This document shows positions 51,137 through 61,742 of a stretch of DNA of 64,000 nucleotides, piece after piece. The stretch is taken from the NCBI GenBank assembly GCA_024405635.1, contig JAKSOL010000001.1, positions 96,001 to 160,000 of the forward strand, given 5' to 3'. The position numbers were made by a program, and so were the translations under genes. The notes below the pieces were generated by a model, which saw nothing but the letters and a program-made list of their open reading frames with translations, ran no database searches and was not told where the DNA came from. The DNA is from Salinivirgaceae bacterium (GTDB taxonomy: Bacteria > Bacteroidota > Bacteroidia > Bacteroidales > SZUA-534). Within the stretch, counting starts at the first letter, position 1. Every line of letters starts with the position of its first letter.

Positions 51137-54100
51137 TTATTCAGGCATGTTGATGCCGTGACATTGTTTAAATTTTTTGCCGCTTCCGCATGGACAAGGG
51201 TCATTTCGTCCAATTTTCTTTTCAATTCTTATAGGTTGAGCCTTGCGTTCCTCTGGTTTTTGAGGTTGACCATGTTCGGTGCGACCAGTGTTGAATCGGC
51301 TCATGTCGAGTTTCTTTTGTTGCTCGGCTTGGCGTACTTGTTCTGGGTCTTGTTGAGGCAAGTTGCCTTTCATGATTATTGAAACAAGGTCTTGGTTTAT
51401 TTTCTCAACCATTGCTTTGAACAAGTTGAACGATTCGAATTTGTATATCAAAAGTGGATCTTTTTGCTCGTAGGTTGCGTTTTGAACCGATTGTTTCAAG
51501 TCGTCCATTTCGCGCAAGTGTTCGCGCCAAGCATCGTCAATGGTAAGAAGGCTAATGCTTTTTTCGATTGAAGTCATCAACTCGCGACCTTGCGATTCGT
51601 ATGCGTTTTTAAGATTGGTTACAATGTTATAAACTTTGTGGCCATCGGTAATTGGAATTACAATGTTTGTGTAAACCTGTCCTTGTCGCTCGTAAACGTC
51701 TTTTATTACTGGATAAACGCGTGCACAGATGTTGTCTGCCTTGCGTTTGTATGCGTCAATGGCAGCGCGATAAAGTAGGTCGGTTAGTACCTCTGGTTTT
51801 TCGTGCAAGAAAGTTTCTTGGTCAAATGGCGTTTCAATTGAAAGGGTACGAATGTTTGCTATTTGTAGGCCTTCATAATCAACAGCGTCTTTATAGTCAA
51901 GAATTTGCGATTCGCACACATCGTAAATGTTGTTTACAATGTCAACTTGAAGACGTTCGCCAAACAAAGCGTGGCGGCGACGTTTGTAAATAACCTCACG
52001 TTGGTTGTTCATAACGTCGTCATATTCCAACAATCGTTTACGTATGCCAAAGTTGTTTTCTTCAACCTTCTTTTGGGCACGTTCAATTGATTTTGAAATC
52101 ATGCTGTGTTGAATAACCTCGCCTTCTTCAATTCCCATTTTGTCCATAAGGGCAGCAATGCGGTCAGAGCCGAATAGGCGCATTAGGTTGTCTTCAAGCG
52201 AAACAAAGAATTGTGAAGATCCTGGGTCTCCTTGACGACCTGCACGACCACGTAACTGGCGGTCAACGCGGCGCGATTCGTGACGTTCGGTTCCTAGAAT
52301 AGCCAAACCTCCTGCGGCTTTAACTTCTGGTGTAAGTTTAATGTCGGTACCACGACCTGCCATGTTTGTTGCAATGGTAACCGTTCCTGCTTTACCTGCC
52401 TCGGCTACAATTTCGGCCTCGCGTTGGTGTTGCTTAGCATTTAGCACATTATGTTTTATGCCTCGCATTTTAAGCATTCGGCTCAAAAGTTCTGATATTT
52501 CAACTGATGTTGTACCAACCAAAACCGGGCGACCTTCGCCAATAAGTTTTTCAACTTCGGCAATTACGGCATTGTACTTTTCGCGAGCAGTTTTGTAAAC
52601 TAAATCTTCGTAGTCGTTGCGTTGTACTGGTTTGTTTGTTGGAATAACCACAACGTCAAGTTTGTATATGTTCCAAAACTCGCCAGCTTCTGTTTCGGCA
52701 GTACCAGTCATACCTGCAAGTTTTTTGTACATGCGGAAGTAATTCTGCAATGTAATGGTTGCAAAGGTTTGTGTGGCTGCTTCAATTTTTACATTCTCTT
52801 TTGCTTCAAGAGCTTGGTGTAGTCCATCGGAATATCGACGACCTTCCATAATACGACCAGTTTGCTCGTCCACAATTTTTACTTGGTTATCAACAACCAC
52901 GTATTCCACATCGCGCTCAAACATTGCGTATGCTTTAAGCAATTGGTTAATAGTGTGAACTCGTTCCGATTTTATTGAGTAGTCTTGTAGCAGTTGGTCT
53001 TTTTTCTGCAGTTTTTCTTCGGCTGAAAGTTGTGTTTGCTTTTCAAGTTCAGCTATTTCAGTGCCAATATCGGGTAGTACAAATAGCGAGTGGTCGGCGG
53101 TGTCTTTTGATATAAGGTCAATACCTTTATCGGTTAGTTCAATTGCATTTTGCTTTTCTTCAATAACAAAGTAAAGTTCATCGGTAGCTATATGCATGTT
53201 CTTGTTGTTGTCTTGCATATAGAAGTTTTCGGTTTTTTGCAAAAGAACTTTTACACCTTGTTCGCTCAAGTATTTAATAAGAGGTTTGTGCTTAGGCAGA
53301 CCTTTGTATGCGCGTAAAAGCATTAAACCGCCTTCGTCTTCTTTTCCTTCGGCTATAAGTTTTTTAGCGTCGGTTAAGAATTTGGTAATTAATTCACGTT
53401 GAGCTACATATAGTTTTTGAACTTGAGGTTTTAGTTCGTCAAACAATTGGTTGTCGCCTTTTGGTACAGGACCTGATATAATAAGTGGTGTACGAGCATC
53501 GTCAATCAAAACGGAGTCAACCTCATCAACAATGGCAAAGTTGTGGCGGCGTTGAACAAGGTCGTCGGGGCTGATGGCCATGTTGTCGCGAAGGTAGTCA
53601 AAGCCAAATTCGTTGTTTGTACCAAAGGTAACGTCGGCTTGGTAGGCTTTGCGGCGAGCTTCAGAGTTTGGTTGGTGCTTGTCGATGCAGTCAACCGATA
53701 GTCCATGAAATTCATAAAGGGTTCCCATCCATTCGGCATCACGTTTTGCAAGGTAGTCGTTAACAGTTACAACGTGAACTCCACGATGAGTAAGAGCATT
53801 AAGGAAAACAGGCAGGGTAGCTACCAATGTTTTACCTTCACCAGTTGCCATTTCGGCAATTTTGCCATGGTGTAGGGTAACACCGCCAATCAACTGCACA
53901 TCGTAGTGCATCATGTCCCATTTTACCATTGATCCGCCAGCGTTCCACTCGTTGTGCCAATAAGCTTTGTCGCCTTCAATTTCAACACTGTCGCGGTGTG
54001 CTGCAATATTGCGGTCAAAATCGGTTGCAGTAACTTCCACCTTTTCGTTTTCTTTAAAACGACGGGCAGTATCTTTCATGATAGCGAATGCTCGAGGAAG

Positions 54101-54421
54101 AATTTCGTCAAGAACAGCGGCTATTTTTTCGTCAATTTGCTCTTCGAGTTTGTCTATTTGATTATACAAATCCTCTTTTTTCTCCATATCGGTTTCGGCC
54201 GCTATGGTGCTACGCAAATCGGCAATTTTTGCATTTTCGTCTTTTATGCTGTCTTGTATAATTTGTTGTAGTTCAATGCTTTGAGCTCGCAATTGGTCGT
54301 TGGTCAATGTTGCGAGTTTTGCAAACTCAACTTTTGTTTTCTCTACAAAAGGAGTAACTTCCTTAATGTCGCGGTCCGATTTGTTTCCAAATAACTTGGT
54401 TAATATGCTTGCTAATCCCAT
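51137..54421 (-). CDS. secA: Preprotein translocase subunit SecA
   Basis: [42 protein letters not shown] motif [13 protein letters not shown]. Confidence 0.97.
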   Translation of the reverse strand: MGLASILTKLFGNKSDRDIKEVTPFVEKTKVEFAKLATLTNDQLRAQSIELQQIIQDSIKDENAKIADLRSTIAAETDMEKKEDLYNQIDKLEEQIDEKIAAVLDEILPRAFAIMKDTARRFKENEKVEVTATDFDRNIAAHRDSVEIEGDKAYWHNEWNAGGSMVKWDMMHYDVQLIGGVTLHHGKIAEMATGEGKTLVATLPVFLNALTHRGVHVVTVNDYLAKRDAEWMGTLYEFHGLSVDCIDKHQPNSEARRKAYQADVTFGTNNEFGFDYLRDNMAISPDDLVQRRHNFAIVDEVDSVLIDDARTPLIISGPVPKGDNQLFDELKPQVQKLYVAQRELITKFLTDAKKLIAEGKEDEGGLMLLRAYKGLPKHKPLIKYLSEQGVKVLLQKTENFYMQDNNKNMHIATDELYFVIEEKQNAIELTDKGIDLISKDTADHSLFVLPDIGTEIAELEKQTQLSAEEKLQKKDQLLQDYSIKSERVHTINQLLKAYAMFERDVEYVVVDNQVKIVDEQTGRIMEGRRYSDGLHQALEAKENVKIEAATQTFATITLQNYFRMYKKLAGMTGTAETEAGEFWNIYKLDVVVIPTNKPVQRNDYEDLVYKTAREKYNAVIAEVEKLIGEGRPVLVGTTSVEISELLSRMLKMRGIKHNVLNAKQHQREAEIVAEAGKAGTVTIATNMAGRGTDIKLTPEVKAAGGLAILGTERHESRRVDRQLRGRAGRQGDPGSSQFFVSLEDNLMRLFGSDRIAALMDKMGIEEGEVIQHSMISKSIERAQKKVEENNFGIRKRLLEYDDVMNNQREVIYKRRRHALFGERLQVDIVNNIYDVCESQILDYKDAVDYEGLQIANIRTLSIETPFDQETFLHEKPEVLTDLLYRAAIDAYKRKADNICARVYPVIKDVYERQGQVYTNIVIPITDGHKVYNIVTNLKNAYESQGRELMTSIEKSISLLTIDDAWREHLREMDDLKQSVQNATYEQKDPLLIYKFESFNLFKAMVEKINQDLVSIIMKGNLPQQDPEQVRQAEQQKKLDMSRFNTGRTEHGQPQKPEERKAQPIRIEKKIGRNDPCPCGSGKKFKQCHGINMPE

Positions 54422-54681
54422 AATTAATTGTGTATCAGTGCTTTTATGTTAGTAAAAAGTGCGCAAATACGCATTTTCATTAGTTGCGCAAAAATATACG
54501 TTTTTTCAAGTTTTAAGAATTTATGATACAATAATTACAATAGCGTTTTTTGTTGCTTTTTAAAAGCGATTAAGTGGGATGAGATTGTTATAAATTGATA
54601 TTGAGCACGACCGTTAAAACAAAGGTTTTACTCAAGCCGTTTATTTTCTATATTGGCACGTTTTTTCAAAATTACAGTATT

Positions 54682-57600
54682 ATGAATCTAAAGAAACTGC
54701 TGTTGGCGTCGTTTGTACTTGTTAGCCAATTGTTTACATATAATGCCGTTGCTCAAAAAACAAAAGGTTATTTGGAGATTCGCGGCTCGGTAAAAATTGA
54801 AGTGCAGAATTTTGCCGTCTCAAAAGTAAAGGTGTTTGTTGATGGTAATCTTGAGAAGATATACGATGCCGATGCTCAAGGTAAGTTTCAGTTTAATGTT
54901 GATTTGAATAAGCAGATAGTGCTTGAAATAGTTCGACAAGGCTATTATGGCAAAAAACTAGAATTTAATACTCACGTTCCTGTAGAAGATGTTGGTATTT
55001 GGAGCTACAAATTCAGTGTTGAGTTGTTGCCTGTTGTTGATGGTTTTGATGCTTCGTTGTTTAACAAACCAATGGGCAAGATTAAATACATTGAGCAAGT
55101 TGGCGATTTTGATTATGATGCAGCTTATACCCAAGAGATGCAGAAACAAATCAAACTGCTAATGAAAGACTATGAGCGTAAACGTAAAGAAACTTATGAC
55201 CGAATATTGGCTCAAGCTGACTCTGAATTTGGGCAAGCAAACTACGACGAAGCTATTGAACTTTACGACCGCGCAATTTCAATCGATCCTTATGACCAAT
55301 ATCCCGATGAGCAAGTGCGCATCATCAAAAAGATTTTAGCTAAAAACCAAAACAACGAGGCTAACTACAAGAAAAACATTGAGTTGGCCGATAACGCATT
55401 TGGAACAACGCAATACACTACAGCAGGAAATTACTACAAACGTGCGCTTAACTATAAAGATGCACAATATCCAAAAGACCAATTGATAAAAATTGACCAA
55501 ATACTTGCCGATCAAGCAAATAGTTCGGCAGCTTTGGCAGCAAAAGAAAAAGCGTATAGCGATGCTATTGCAGCTGCTGACAAAAAATTTGGAACAAAAG
55601 AATATGATGCAGCTTTGGCAAAATACCAAGAAGCTTTGGGCATTAAACCCGATGAGCAATATCCCAAAGATCGCATCTCAGAATTACAAAACTTAATTGC
55701 TCAACGCAACAAAAATGCAGCCGACAAAGAGGCTATTGAAAAAGCATATAAAGAGGCTATTGCTGCTGCTGATAATCAGTTTAATACTAAAAAATACGAA
55801 GATGCACGAGCTAATTATGTAAAGGCTAAAGAGATAAAACCTTCGGAATCGTATCCAGGCAAACGCATCAGCGAGATTGATAATTTGCTTGCAGCAAACA
55901 AAAGTGCCGACGAAAAATACAATCGCTTTGTTGGTTTGGCCGATGCTGCATTCAATAAACAAGACTACTCTTCAGCAAAGAGCAATTACAATCAGGCTTT
56001 GAGTTTGAAACCTAATGAGAAATACCCAAAAGACAGAATTGCCGAAATTGATAAAAAACTAGCCGATGCAGCAACTCAAAAACGCAACTACGATGCTGCT
56101 CTTGCTAAGGCTGATGCAGCTTATCGTCAGCAAAAACTTGAGGAGGCAAAAACTTCGTATCAAGATGCGCTGAATATTTATCCTGACGAGGAATACCCAC
56201 AAAAACGCATAAACGAGATAAACAAAAAGTTGCTTGCACAAAAAAGTGCAGCCGACAAAAAGACAGCCGAAGAACGAGCATACGCTCAAGCTGTTCGAAA
56301 AGGCGACAGTTTGTTTAACTTGTCAATGTATAAAGAGTCGAAAAACGCATACAACCAAGCACTTGCTGTAAAATCGGGCGAGAGTTACCCAAAAGGTAAG
56401 ATTGCCGAAATAGATAAATTAGTTGCCGAACTTGCTGAACTCGACCGCAAATACACCAACTATATATCATTTGCTGATAATCAGTATGCTGAGGGTAAGT
56501 ATGAGGATGCAAAAGGAAACTACACAGCGGCATCAAAACTTAAACCAAGCGAGCAGTATCCAAAAGACAAAATAGCCGAACTTAATAAACTTATTGCCGA
56601 TGCAGCTGCTGAACGTGCTAAGAAAGAAAAAGCAGACAATCAATACAGTGCATTTATTGCACAAGCTGATGCTAAATTCAAGCAAAAGGATTATGAGGCA
56701 GCAAAACCATTGTACCAAAATGCACTTGGTGTTAAACCTGCCGATCAATATGCAACAAGCCGCATTAGTCTAATTGACGATTACATTGCCGAAGCTGCAC
56801 AAAAGAAAGCTGCAGCCGAAAAACAACTTGCTGACTACAAAGCTAAAGTTGCCGAAGCCGACAAGGCATTTGCTGGTAAAAAGTACGAAAATGCAATTGA
56901 CCTTTACACTTCGGCAAAAGCAATAAAAGCTGACGAAAAATACCCCGATTCGCAAATTGCACTTATTAATAAAACAATTAAGGAGGACCAAGCTCGTTTA
57001 GATGCCGCCTATAATAATGCAATAAAACAAGGCTCCGATTTGTTGACACAAAAGAAATACGAAGAGGCTCGTGGTCAGTTTGTGCAGGCTAAATCGTTGA
57101 AACCTAACGAATTGCTGCCTCAAAATAAAATAACAGAAATTGATAACATTATATCTCAACTTGAGCGTCAAAAGGCTGAAGCAGAACGAACTTTGGCAGC
57201 ATACCGCGCAAAAGTTGCCGATGCCGACAAGGCATTCTCTGCCAAAGACTACATTGATGCAACACGTTTGTACAAAGAGGCCAAAACAATCAAGTCCGAC
57301 GAAACCTATCCCGATGACCAGATAGCTAAAATAAATGCAAACATCAAGGCTGAAAAAGACAAACTTGATGCTGATTATGCAAATGCAATCAAACGAGGTG
57401 ATGAGTTTATTGCGTCAAAAGATTATGACCAAGCTAAAATTGAGTTTAATCAAGCTAAGACACTTAAACCAAACGAACCATTGCCACAACGTAAACTTAC
57501 TGAAATAGAATCGTTAATTGTTCAAGCTAATGCTGAGCGCGCTAAAAATGCTCAACTTGAAAATGAATACAAAGCAGCAATTGCAAACGCCGACAAAGCA

Positions 57601-58041
57601 TTTAAAGCTAAAGATTATCCAACAGCAATTGGTCATTACAAGGTTGCTAAATCTAAAAAGCCAACCGAAACTTATCCTACAAACCAAATTGCACTTTGTG
57701 AGCAACGTATAAAAGACGAAAAAACAGCACAAGCAGCCGAGGCTGAACGCAAACGTCAAGAGCAACTTGCAACCGCACAAAAATCGTTTGCAGGAAAAGA
57801 ATTTGATTACTCTGGTGAGAAACGTAGCGATGCATTTATCAACGACCTTGCAAAACAATATCCCGAAGGTATAACCACAGAGAACTACGAAAAACCAAAC
57901 AAAAAGATTAAACGTGTAATTGTAAACCATAACGGCATTGCTCGCGAGTACATTGAAGTTGTATATAGTTACGGTAAATACTACTTCCGTAATGGACAAT
58001 CAATATCAAGCAATGTGTTCTACAAAGAAACACGCGAATAG
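54682..58041 (+). CDS. Large exported TPR/coiled-coil repeat protein (~14 repeats)
   Basis: Signal peptide from ATG 54682; N-terminal beta domain; repeats Y..AIA.AD..F..K.Y..A...Y..A...KP.E.YP...I. Confidence 0.8.
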   Translation: MNLKKLLLASFVLVSQLFTYNAVAQKTKGYLEIRGSVKIEVQNFAVSKVKVFVDGNLEKIYDADAQGKFQFNVDLNKQIVLEIVRQGYYGKKLEFNTHVPVEDVGIWSYKFSVELLPVVDGFDASLFNKPMGKIKYIEQVGDFDYDAAYTQEMQKQIKLLMKDYERKRKETYDRILAQADSEFGQANYDEAIELYDRAISIDPYDQYPDEQVRIIKKILAKNQNNEANYKKNIELADNAFGTTQYTTAGNYYKRALNYKDAQYPKDQLIKIDQILADQANSSAALAAKEKAYSDAIAAADKKFGTKEYDAALAKYQEALGIKPDEQYPKDRISELQNLIAQRNKNAADKEAIEKAYKEAIAAADNQFNTKKYEDARANYVKAKEIKPSESYPGKRISEIDNLLAANKSADEKYNRFVGLADAAFNKQDYSSAKSNYNQALSLKPNEKYPKDRIAEIDKKLADAATQKRNYDAALAKADAAYRQQKLEEAKTSYQDALNIYPDEEYPQKRINEINKKLLAQKSAADKKTAEERAYAQAVRKGDSLFNLSMYKESKNAYNQALAVKSGESYPKGKIAEIDKLVAELAELDRKYTNYISFADNQYAEGKYEDAKGNYTAASKLKPSEQYPKDKIAELNKLIADAAAERAKKEKADNQYSAFIAQADAKFKQKDYEAAKPLYQNALGVKPADQYATSRISLIDDYIAEAAQKKAAAEKQLADYKAKVAEADKAFAGKKYENAIDLYTSAKAIKADEKYPDSQIALINKTIKEDQARLDAAYNNAIKQGSDLLTQKKYEEARGQFVQAKSLKPNELLPQNKITEIDNIISQLERQKAEAERTLAAYRAKVADADKAFSAKDYIDATRLYKEAKTIKSDETYPDDQIAKINANIKAEKDKLDADYANAIKRGDEFIASKDYDQAKIEFNQAKTLKPNEPLPQRKLTEIESLIVQANAERAKNAQLENEYKAAIANADKAFKAKDYPTAIGHYKVAKSKKPTETYPTNQIALCEQRIKDEKTAQAAEAERKRQEQLATAQKSFAGKEFDYSGEKRSDAFINDLAKQYPEGITTENYEKPNKKIKRVIVNHNGIAREYIEVVYSYGKYYFRNGQSISSNVFYKETRE

Positions 58042-58063
58042 AAAACCATTAAACAATTGAAAT

Positions 58064-58975
58064 ATGAAAAAATCAGCACTATTCTTATTGTTGGCAGCAA
58101 CCATAACAATCATAGGTTGCAAACGCGAAACTGTTAACATTGAGGCTTTTGAGGGAAACGAGTGGTATAGCGATTCTATACTTGTAATACGAAACGACTC
58201 GTCTGTTTCATTTTCTGAATACGATTCAGTGTATGAGCAGTTAGTATCGCCCAAAGCGTTGCCATTACAACTAACCGACTCAACTATGATTTTTTCTCGT
58301 TACGAAGTTGCCGGTTCGTACGATTCTGTTCGTAAATTCCATCCATCGGGATGCGTACTTGTGACCGATACAGTTAAGTACGATATTAAGTACATAAACA
58401 AACGCCCAAAGCTAATTATCTACATCGATCCATTCCCAGTCATCTTGTCGTCGCGCAACCGCATTAATGTTGAGGAGACAAATAACTTTAATCCAGTTAA
58501 GTTTGAAATCTCAAACTTCTCAATTGGTGACCAAATTGACCGATCATTGCTTAAAACATTGGGAGTTTACAACTATGCAAACTATACCATTGAAGATTGT
58601 GAATACATAAACGATAAAAACATAAGTTTTAAGATTATTGGCTACAACAACATCTTTTCAATTGAACGCCGAAAAATTGAAGACTACCGCGTGAAAGATA
58701 TCATGAAAGTGGTTACTAGTAAGTTGAACAACGCTCCAGGTTATAGCCCTATGCGCCAATGGAGCGAAGATAGCGACTACGAGTACGAGTTTTATCGTTG
58801 GGAAACAAATGGCGTTCGTATCGATTTGTCGCGAAGCCACTATATTGGAAACGACTCGTATAAAACATTGCTTAACAACAGAAACTGGAATTTGTCATAC
58901 GATGACGTTGTTTTGCAAGCTATTTTAGTTGAAACATATAAAAATGGTAATCCAACATCAAGCATCATCAATTAA
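58064..58975 (+). CDS. Hypothetical lipoprotein
   Basis: MKKSALFLLLAATITIIGC lipobox. Confidence 0.7.
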   Translation: MKKSALFLLLAATITIIGCKRETVNIEAFEGNEWYSDSILVIRNDSSVSFSEYDSVYEQLVSPKALPLQLTDSTMIFSRYEVAGSYDSVRKFHPSGCVLVTDTVKYDIKYINKRPKLIIYIDPFPVILSSRNRINVEETNNFNPVKFEISNFSIGDQIDRSLLKTLGVYNYANYTIEDCEYINDKNISFKIIGYNNIFSIERRKIEDYRVKDIMKVVTSKLNNAPGYSPMRQWSEDSDYEYEFYRWETNGVRIDLSRSHYIGNDSYKTLLNNRNWNLSYDDVVLQAILVETYKNGNPTSSIIN

Positions 58976-58987
58976 CCAAAGAATAAT

Positions 58988-59551
58988 ATGGGATTAAGAA
59001 AAACTTTTGCCAAAATCGTAATAAAAGTATTTGGTTGGCACCACGAAGGACAAGTTCCATACGACGACAAGTTTGTAATCATTGCAATGCCACATACTAG
59101 TATGATGGATTTTGTGATGGGACTTGTAACATTTTGGAGTAAAGATATTTATCCATATGTGTTCATAAAAAAAGAACTATTCTTTTTTCCTATGGGGTTG
59201 TTGCTAAAAGCATTGGGTGCACGCCCGTTGAATCGAAAAGGCGCAACCGGAATGATTGAACAAGTGCTTGATTGTTTTAATAAAGAAGAAAAATTTTGCA
59301 TCTGCATTACACCTGAGGGAACCCGAAAACGTACAACAAAAATCAAACGCGGCTTTTATTTTATCGCCACACAAGCAAATGTGCCAATTTATATGGGAGT
59401 GCTCGATTATGGTAAAAAATCGTTGTCGTACGGCGAACGTTTTGTTCCAACAGGTGACGAAGAAAAAGACTTTGAATACATTCGTAAATATTATAAAGCA
59501 GCAAATCCTGTTGCTCGCCACCCAGAACAATTCTGTGCCGATTTTAAATAA
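58988..59551 (+). CDS. PlsC-family acyltransferase
   Basis: PHTSMMD and TPEGTR motifs. Confidence 0.88.
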   Translation: MGLRKTFAKIVIKVFGWHHEGQVPYDDKFVIIAMPHTSMMDFVMGLVTFWSKDIYPYVFIKKELFFFPMGLLLKALGARPLNRKGATGMIEQVLDCFNKEEKFCICITPEGTRKRTTKIKRGFYFIATQANVPIYMGVLDYGKKSLSYGERFVPTGDEEKDFEYIRKYYKAANPVARHPEQFCADFK

Positions 59552-60339
59552 TGGAAACTTTACAAGTTTCGGTTATTCAGCCCAACACCCATTGGCTTGA
59601 TGTTAGTGCAAACTTGCATCAACTATCCGTTTTGTTTGCCGAAAGCGATTTGTGCAATTCAGATTTGATTGTATTACCAGAAATGTTTGCAACAGGTTTT
59701 GTTACCAATGTAACTAACCTCAAATGCGCTGACAAACAAATAATTGAATGGATGGTTGCAACGGCAAGTAATTTTAACGTTGCAATAATGGGTAGCGTTT
59801 TAGTTTGCATTGACGGCAAATACTATAATCGACTATTGTTAGTTGACTCAAACGGTAGCATTCAACATTACGATAAGCATCATCTTTTTGGTATTGGCGG
59901 CGAGAGTCGGTTCCTTTCGCAAGGAACAAGCCGTGTAATTTTTAACCTAAACCAATGGAGAATAATGCCCGTTGTTTGCTACGATTTGCGTTTCCCTGTT
60001 TGGCTACGCAATAAATCTGATTACGATTTGCTTATTTGCGTGGCAAATTGGCCAGAAACTCGCATAAATGCTTTTAAAATTTTGATGCAAGCTAGGGCCA
60101 TAGAAAACCAATGCTATTCAATTGGAGTAAACCGAATAAATACTGATGGAAACGGACTAAAATATAATGGGCAAAGTATGGTAGTTGACTATAAAGGAGA
60201 TGTGTTATGTGAATGTGGGACAAACTTTTGTATAAAAACAACAACACTGTCATATGGCGAACTACAAGTCTATCGCAGCCAATTCCCAGTTGGTACAGAT
60301 GCCGATGATTTTGAAATAAAAATCAAGAACCATAATTAG
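59551..60339 (+). CDS. Carbon-nitrogen hydrolase (omega-amidase YafV-like)
   Basis: LPEMF, YDKHHLF, VCYDLRFP triad; ARAIENQCY. Confidence 0.9.
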   Translation: METLQVSVIQPNTHWLDVSANLHQLSVLFAESDLCNSDLIVLPEMFATGFVTNVTNLKCADKQIIEWMVATASNFNVAIMGSVLVCIDGKYYNRLLLVDSNGSIQHYDKHHLFGIGGESRFLSQGTSRVIFNLNQWRIMPVVCYDLRFPVWLRNKSDYDLLICVANWPETRINAFKILMQARAIENQCYSIGVNRINTDGNGLKYNGQSMVVDYKGDVLCECGTNFCIKTTTLSYGELQVYRSQFPVGTDADDFEIKIKNHN

Positions 60340-60400
60340 GCTGATTCTTTTCTCCTTTTTTCGCTTTTTTTTTATTACTTGCAAGTAAAATAAAAGGTTT

Positions 60401-61300
60401 ATGAAAACTACATTAAAATGCTTGTTTGCCATTACCGCATCATTGTTGATGGTAGGATGCCAACAATCAAACAAATCTAATTCAATAAAAAACGCCTTCG
60501 ATATTGCTATTGATACCACAGCAAATCAAACAATCAAAGTAGGAAACTCGCTATTCAGCTTACCTTCGCCTTACCAACTATCTATACTGATAAAAAAATC
60601 TGGTGTTGGTTTTAACGAAGATTACTTAAATCCAGCTAGCAACTATCAACGCTATACAACCATATACAGCAAAGCAGTGAATCTTGGTGTTTATGGTTGC
60701 GACATGGCGTACATCAACATTTACGACCAAGTGCCACTAATTGCATCTCGTTTCTCAATAGTAAAGATGATTGCCGAAGAGTTGGAACTAACATCAATCT
60801 TTAGCAAAGAAATGATTGATCGTATTGAAACAAACGCTTCAAACAAAGACTCGTTGCTGATAATAATGTCAGGCACATATAGCGATGTAGATGCATTTTT
60901 AAAAAACAACCAACGTCAACGCGAAGGCTCGTTAGTTCTTGCTGGCGGGTGGGTTGAGGCAATGTATATTTTGTCGCAAATGGCATACAAAACAAACAAT
61001 GCCGATTTGATTGACAGATTGGCCGAAAGCCGACAACCACTCGAGAACTTGATTAAAATACTTTCGCCATACATTCACGACGAAGGCTGCCGTCCTCTTG
61101 AGAACTTGGTATCTGATTTGGTTGAATTGGCAAATGAATTTGATATGATAGATTCAGAGTTTGAATTTGTTGAACCAGAAACCAAAGCCAATGAGCATTT
61201 GACAATTGTTCGTTCGCGTAATAAAATGGTAGTTCAACCTGAAGTACTGAAAAGCATTGTGGATAAATTGAGCGAAATTCGCGCAAAATTGATTGAATAA
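60401..61300 (+). CDS. Conserved hypothetical lipoprotein
   Basis: LLMVGC lipobox; LPSPYQL, AVNLGVYGCD, LAGGWVEAMY. Confidence 0.7.
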   Translation: MKTTLKCLFAITASLLMVGCQQSNKSNSIKNAFDIAIDTTANQTIKVGNSLFSLPSPYQLSILIKKSGVGFNEDYLNPASNYQRYTTIYSKAVNLGVYGCDMAYINIYDQVPLIASRFSIVKMIAEELELTSIFSKEMIDRIETNASNKDSLLIIMSGTYSDVDAFLKNNQRQREGSLVLAGGWVEAMYILSQMAYKTNNADLIDRLAESRQPLENLIKILSPYIHDEGCRPLENLVSDLVELANEFDMIDSEFEFVEPETKANEHLTIVRSRNKMVVQPEVLKSIVDKLSEIRAKLIE

Positions 61301-61311
61301 AATTTGAGCAA

Positions 61312-61737
61312 ATGAAAAAACTACTTACAATATCATTGGTAATAATAGCCATGGTGTCGGGCTACAACGCATCGGCACAAATGGGCATCGATTCAATCAG
61401 AATATCGTGTAATGAAATAATGTCGGACCAATATGTGCCAGACGGTCAAAACTATTATTCGTTTATTAGCACTGGTGAGGTTGCCGAATTCTATTCAACA
61501 TTCTACGGAAACACAACCTATCGCATTGTAGGATTGCTTGGTAACGACGAGGGAAAACTTATTATATCGGTTTACGATCAAGAGCGAAACCTTTTGTTCT
61601 CAAACAAAGATTTTGAAAACATTGCATATTGGAACTTTCAGTTTGAAAATACGCTTGACTGTATAATTGAAGCTGAAATTGACTCGTTTGACGAAATGTC
61701 GGGCGTTGCAGTGCTGATGATAGGCTTTGAAAAGTAG
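61312..61737 (+). CDS. Hypothetical exported beta-rich protein
   Basis: Signal peptide ending ASA-Q; operon context. Confidence 0.65.
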   Translation: MKKLLTISLVIIAMVSGYNASAQMGIDSIRISCNEIMSDQYVPDGQNYYSFISTGEVAEFYSTFYGNTTYRIVGLLGNDEGKLIISVYDQERNLLFSNKDFENIAYWNFQFENTLDCIIEAEIDSFDEMSGVAVLMIGFEK

Positions 61738-61742
61738 CAACA

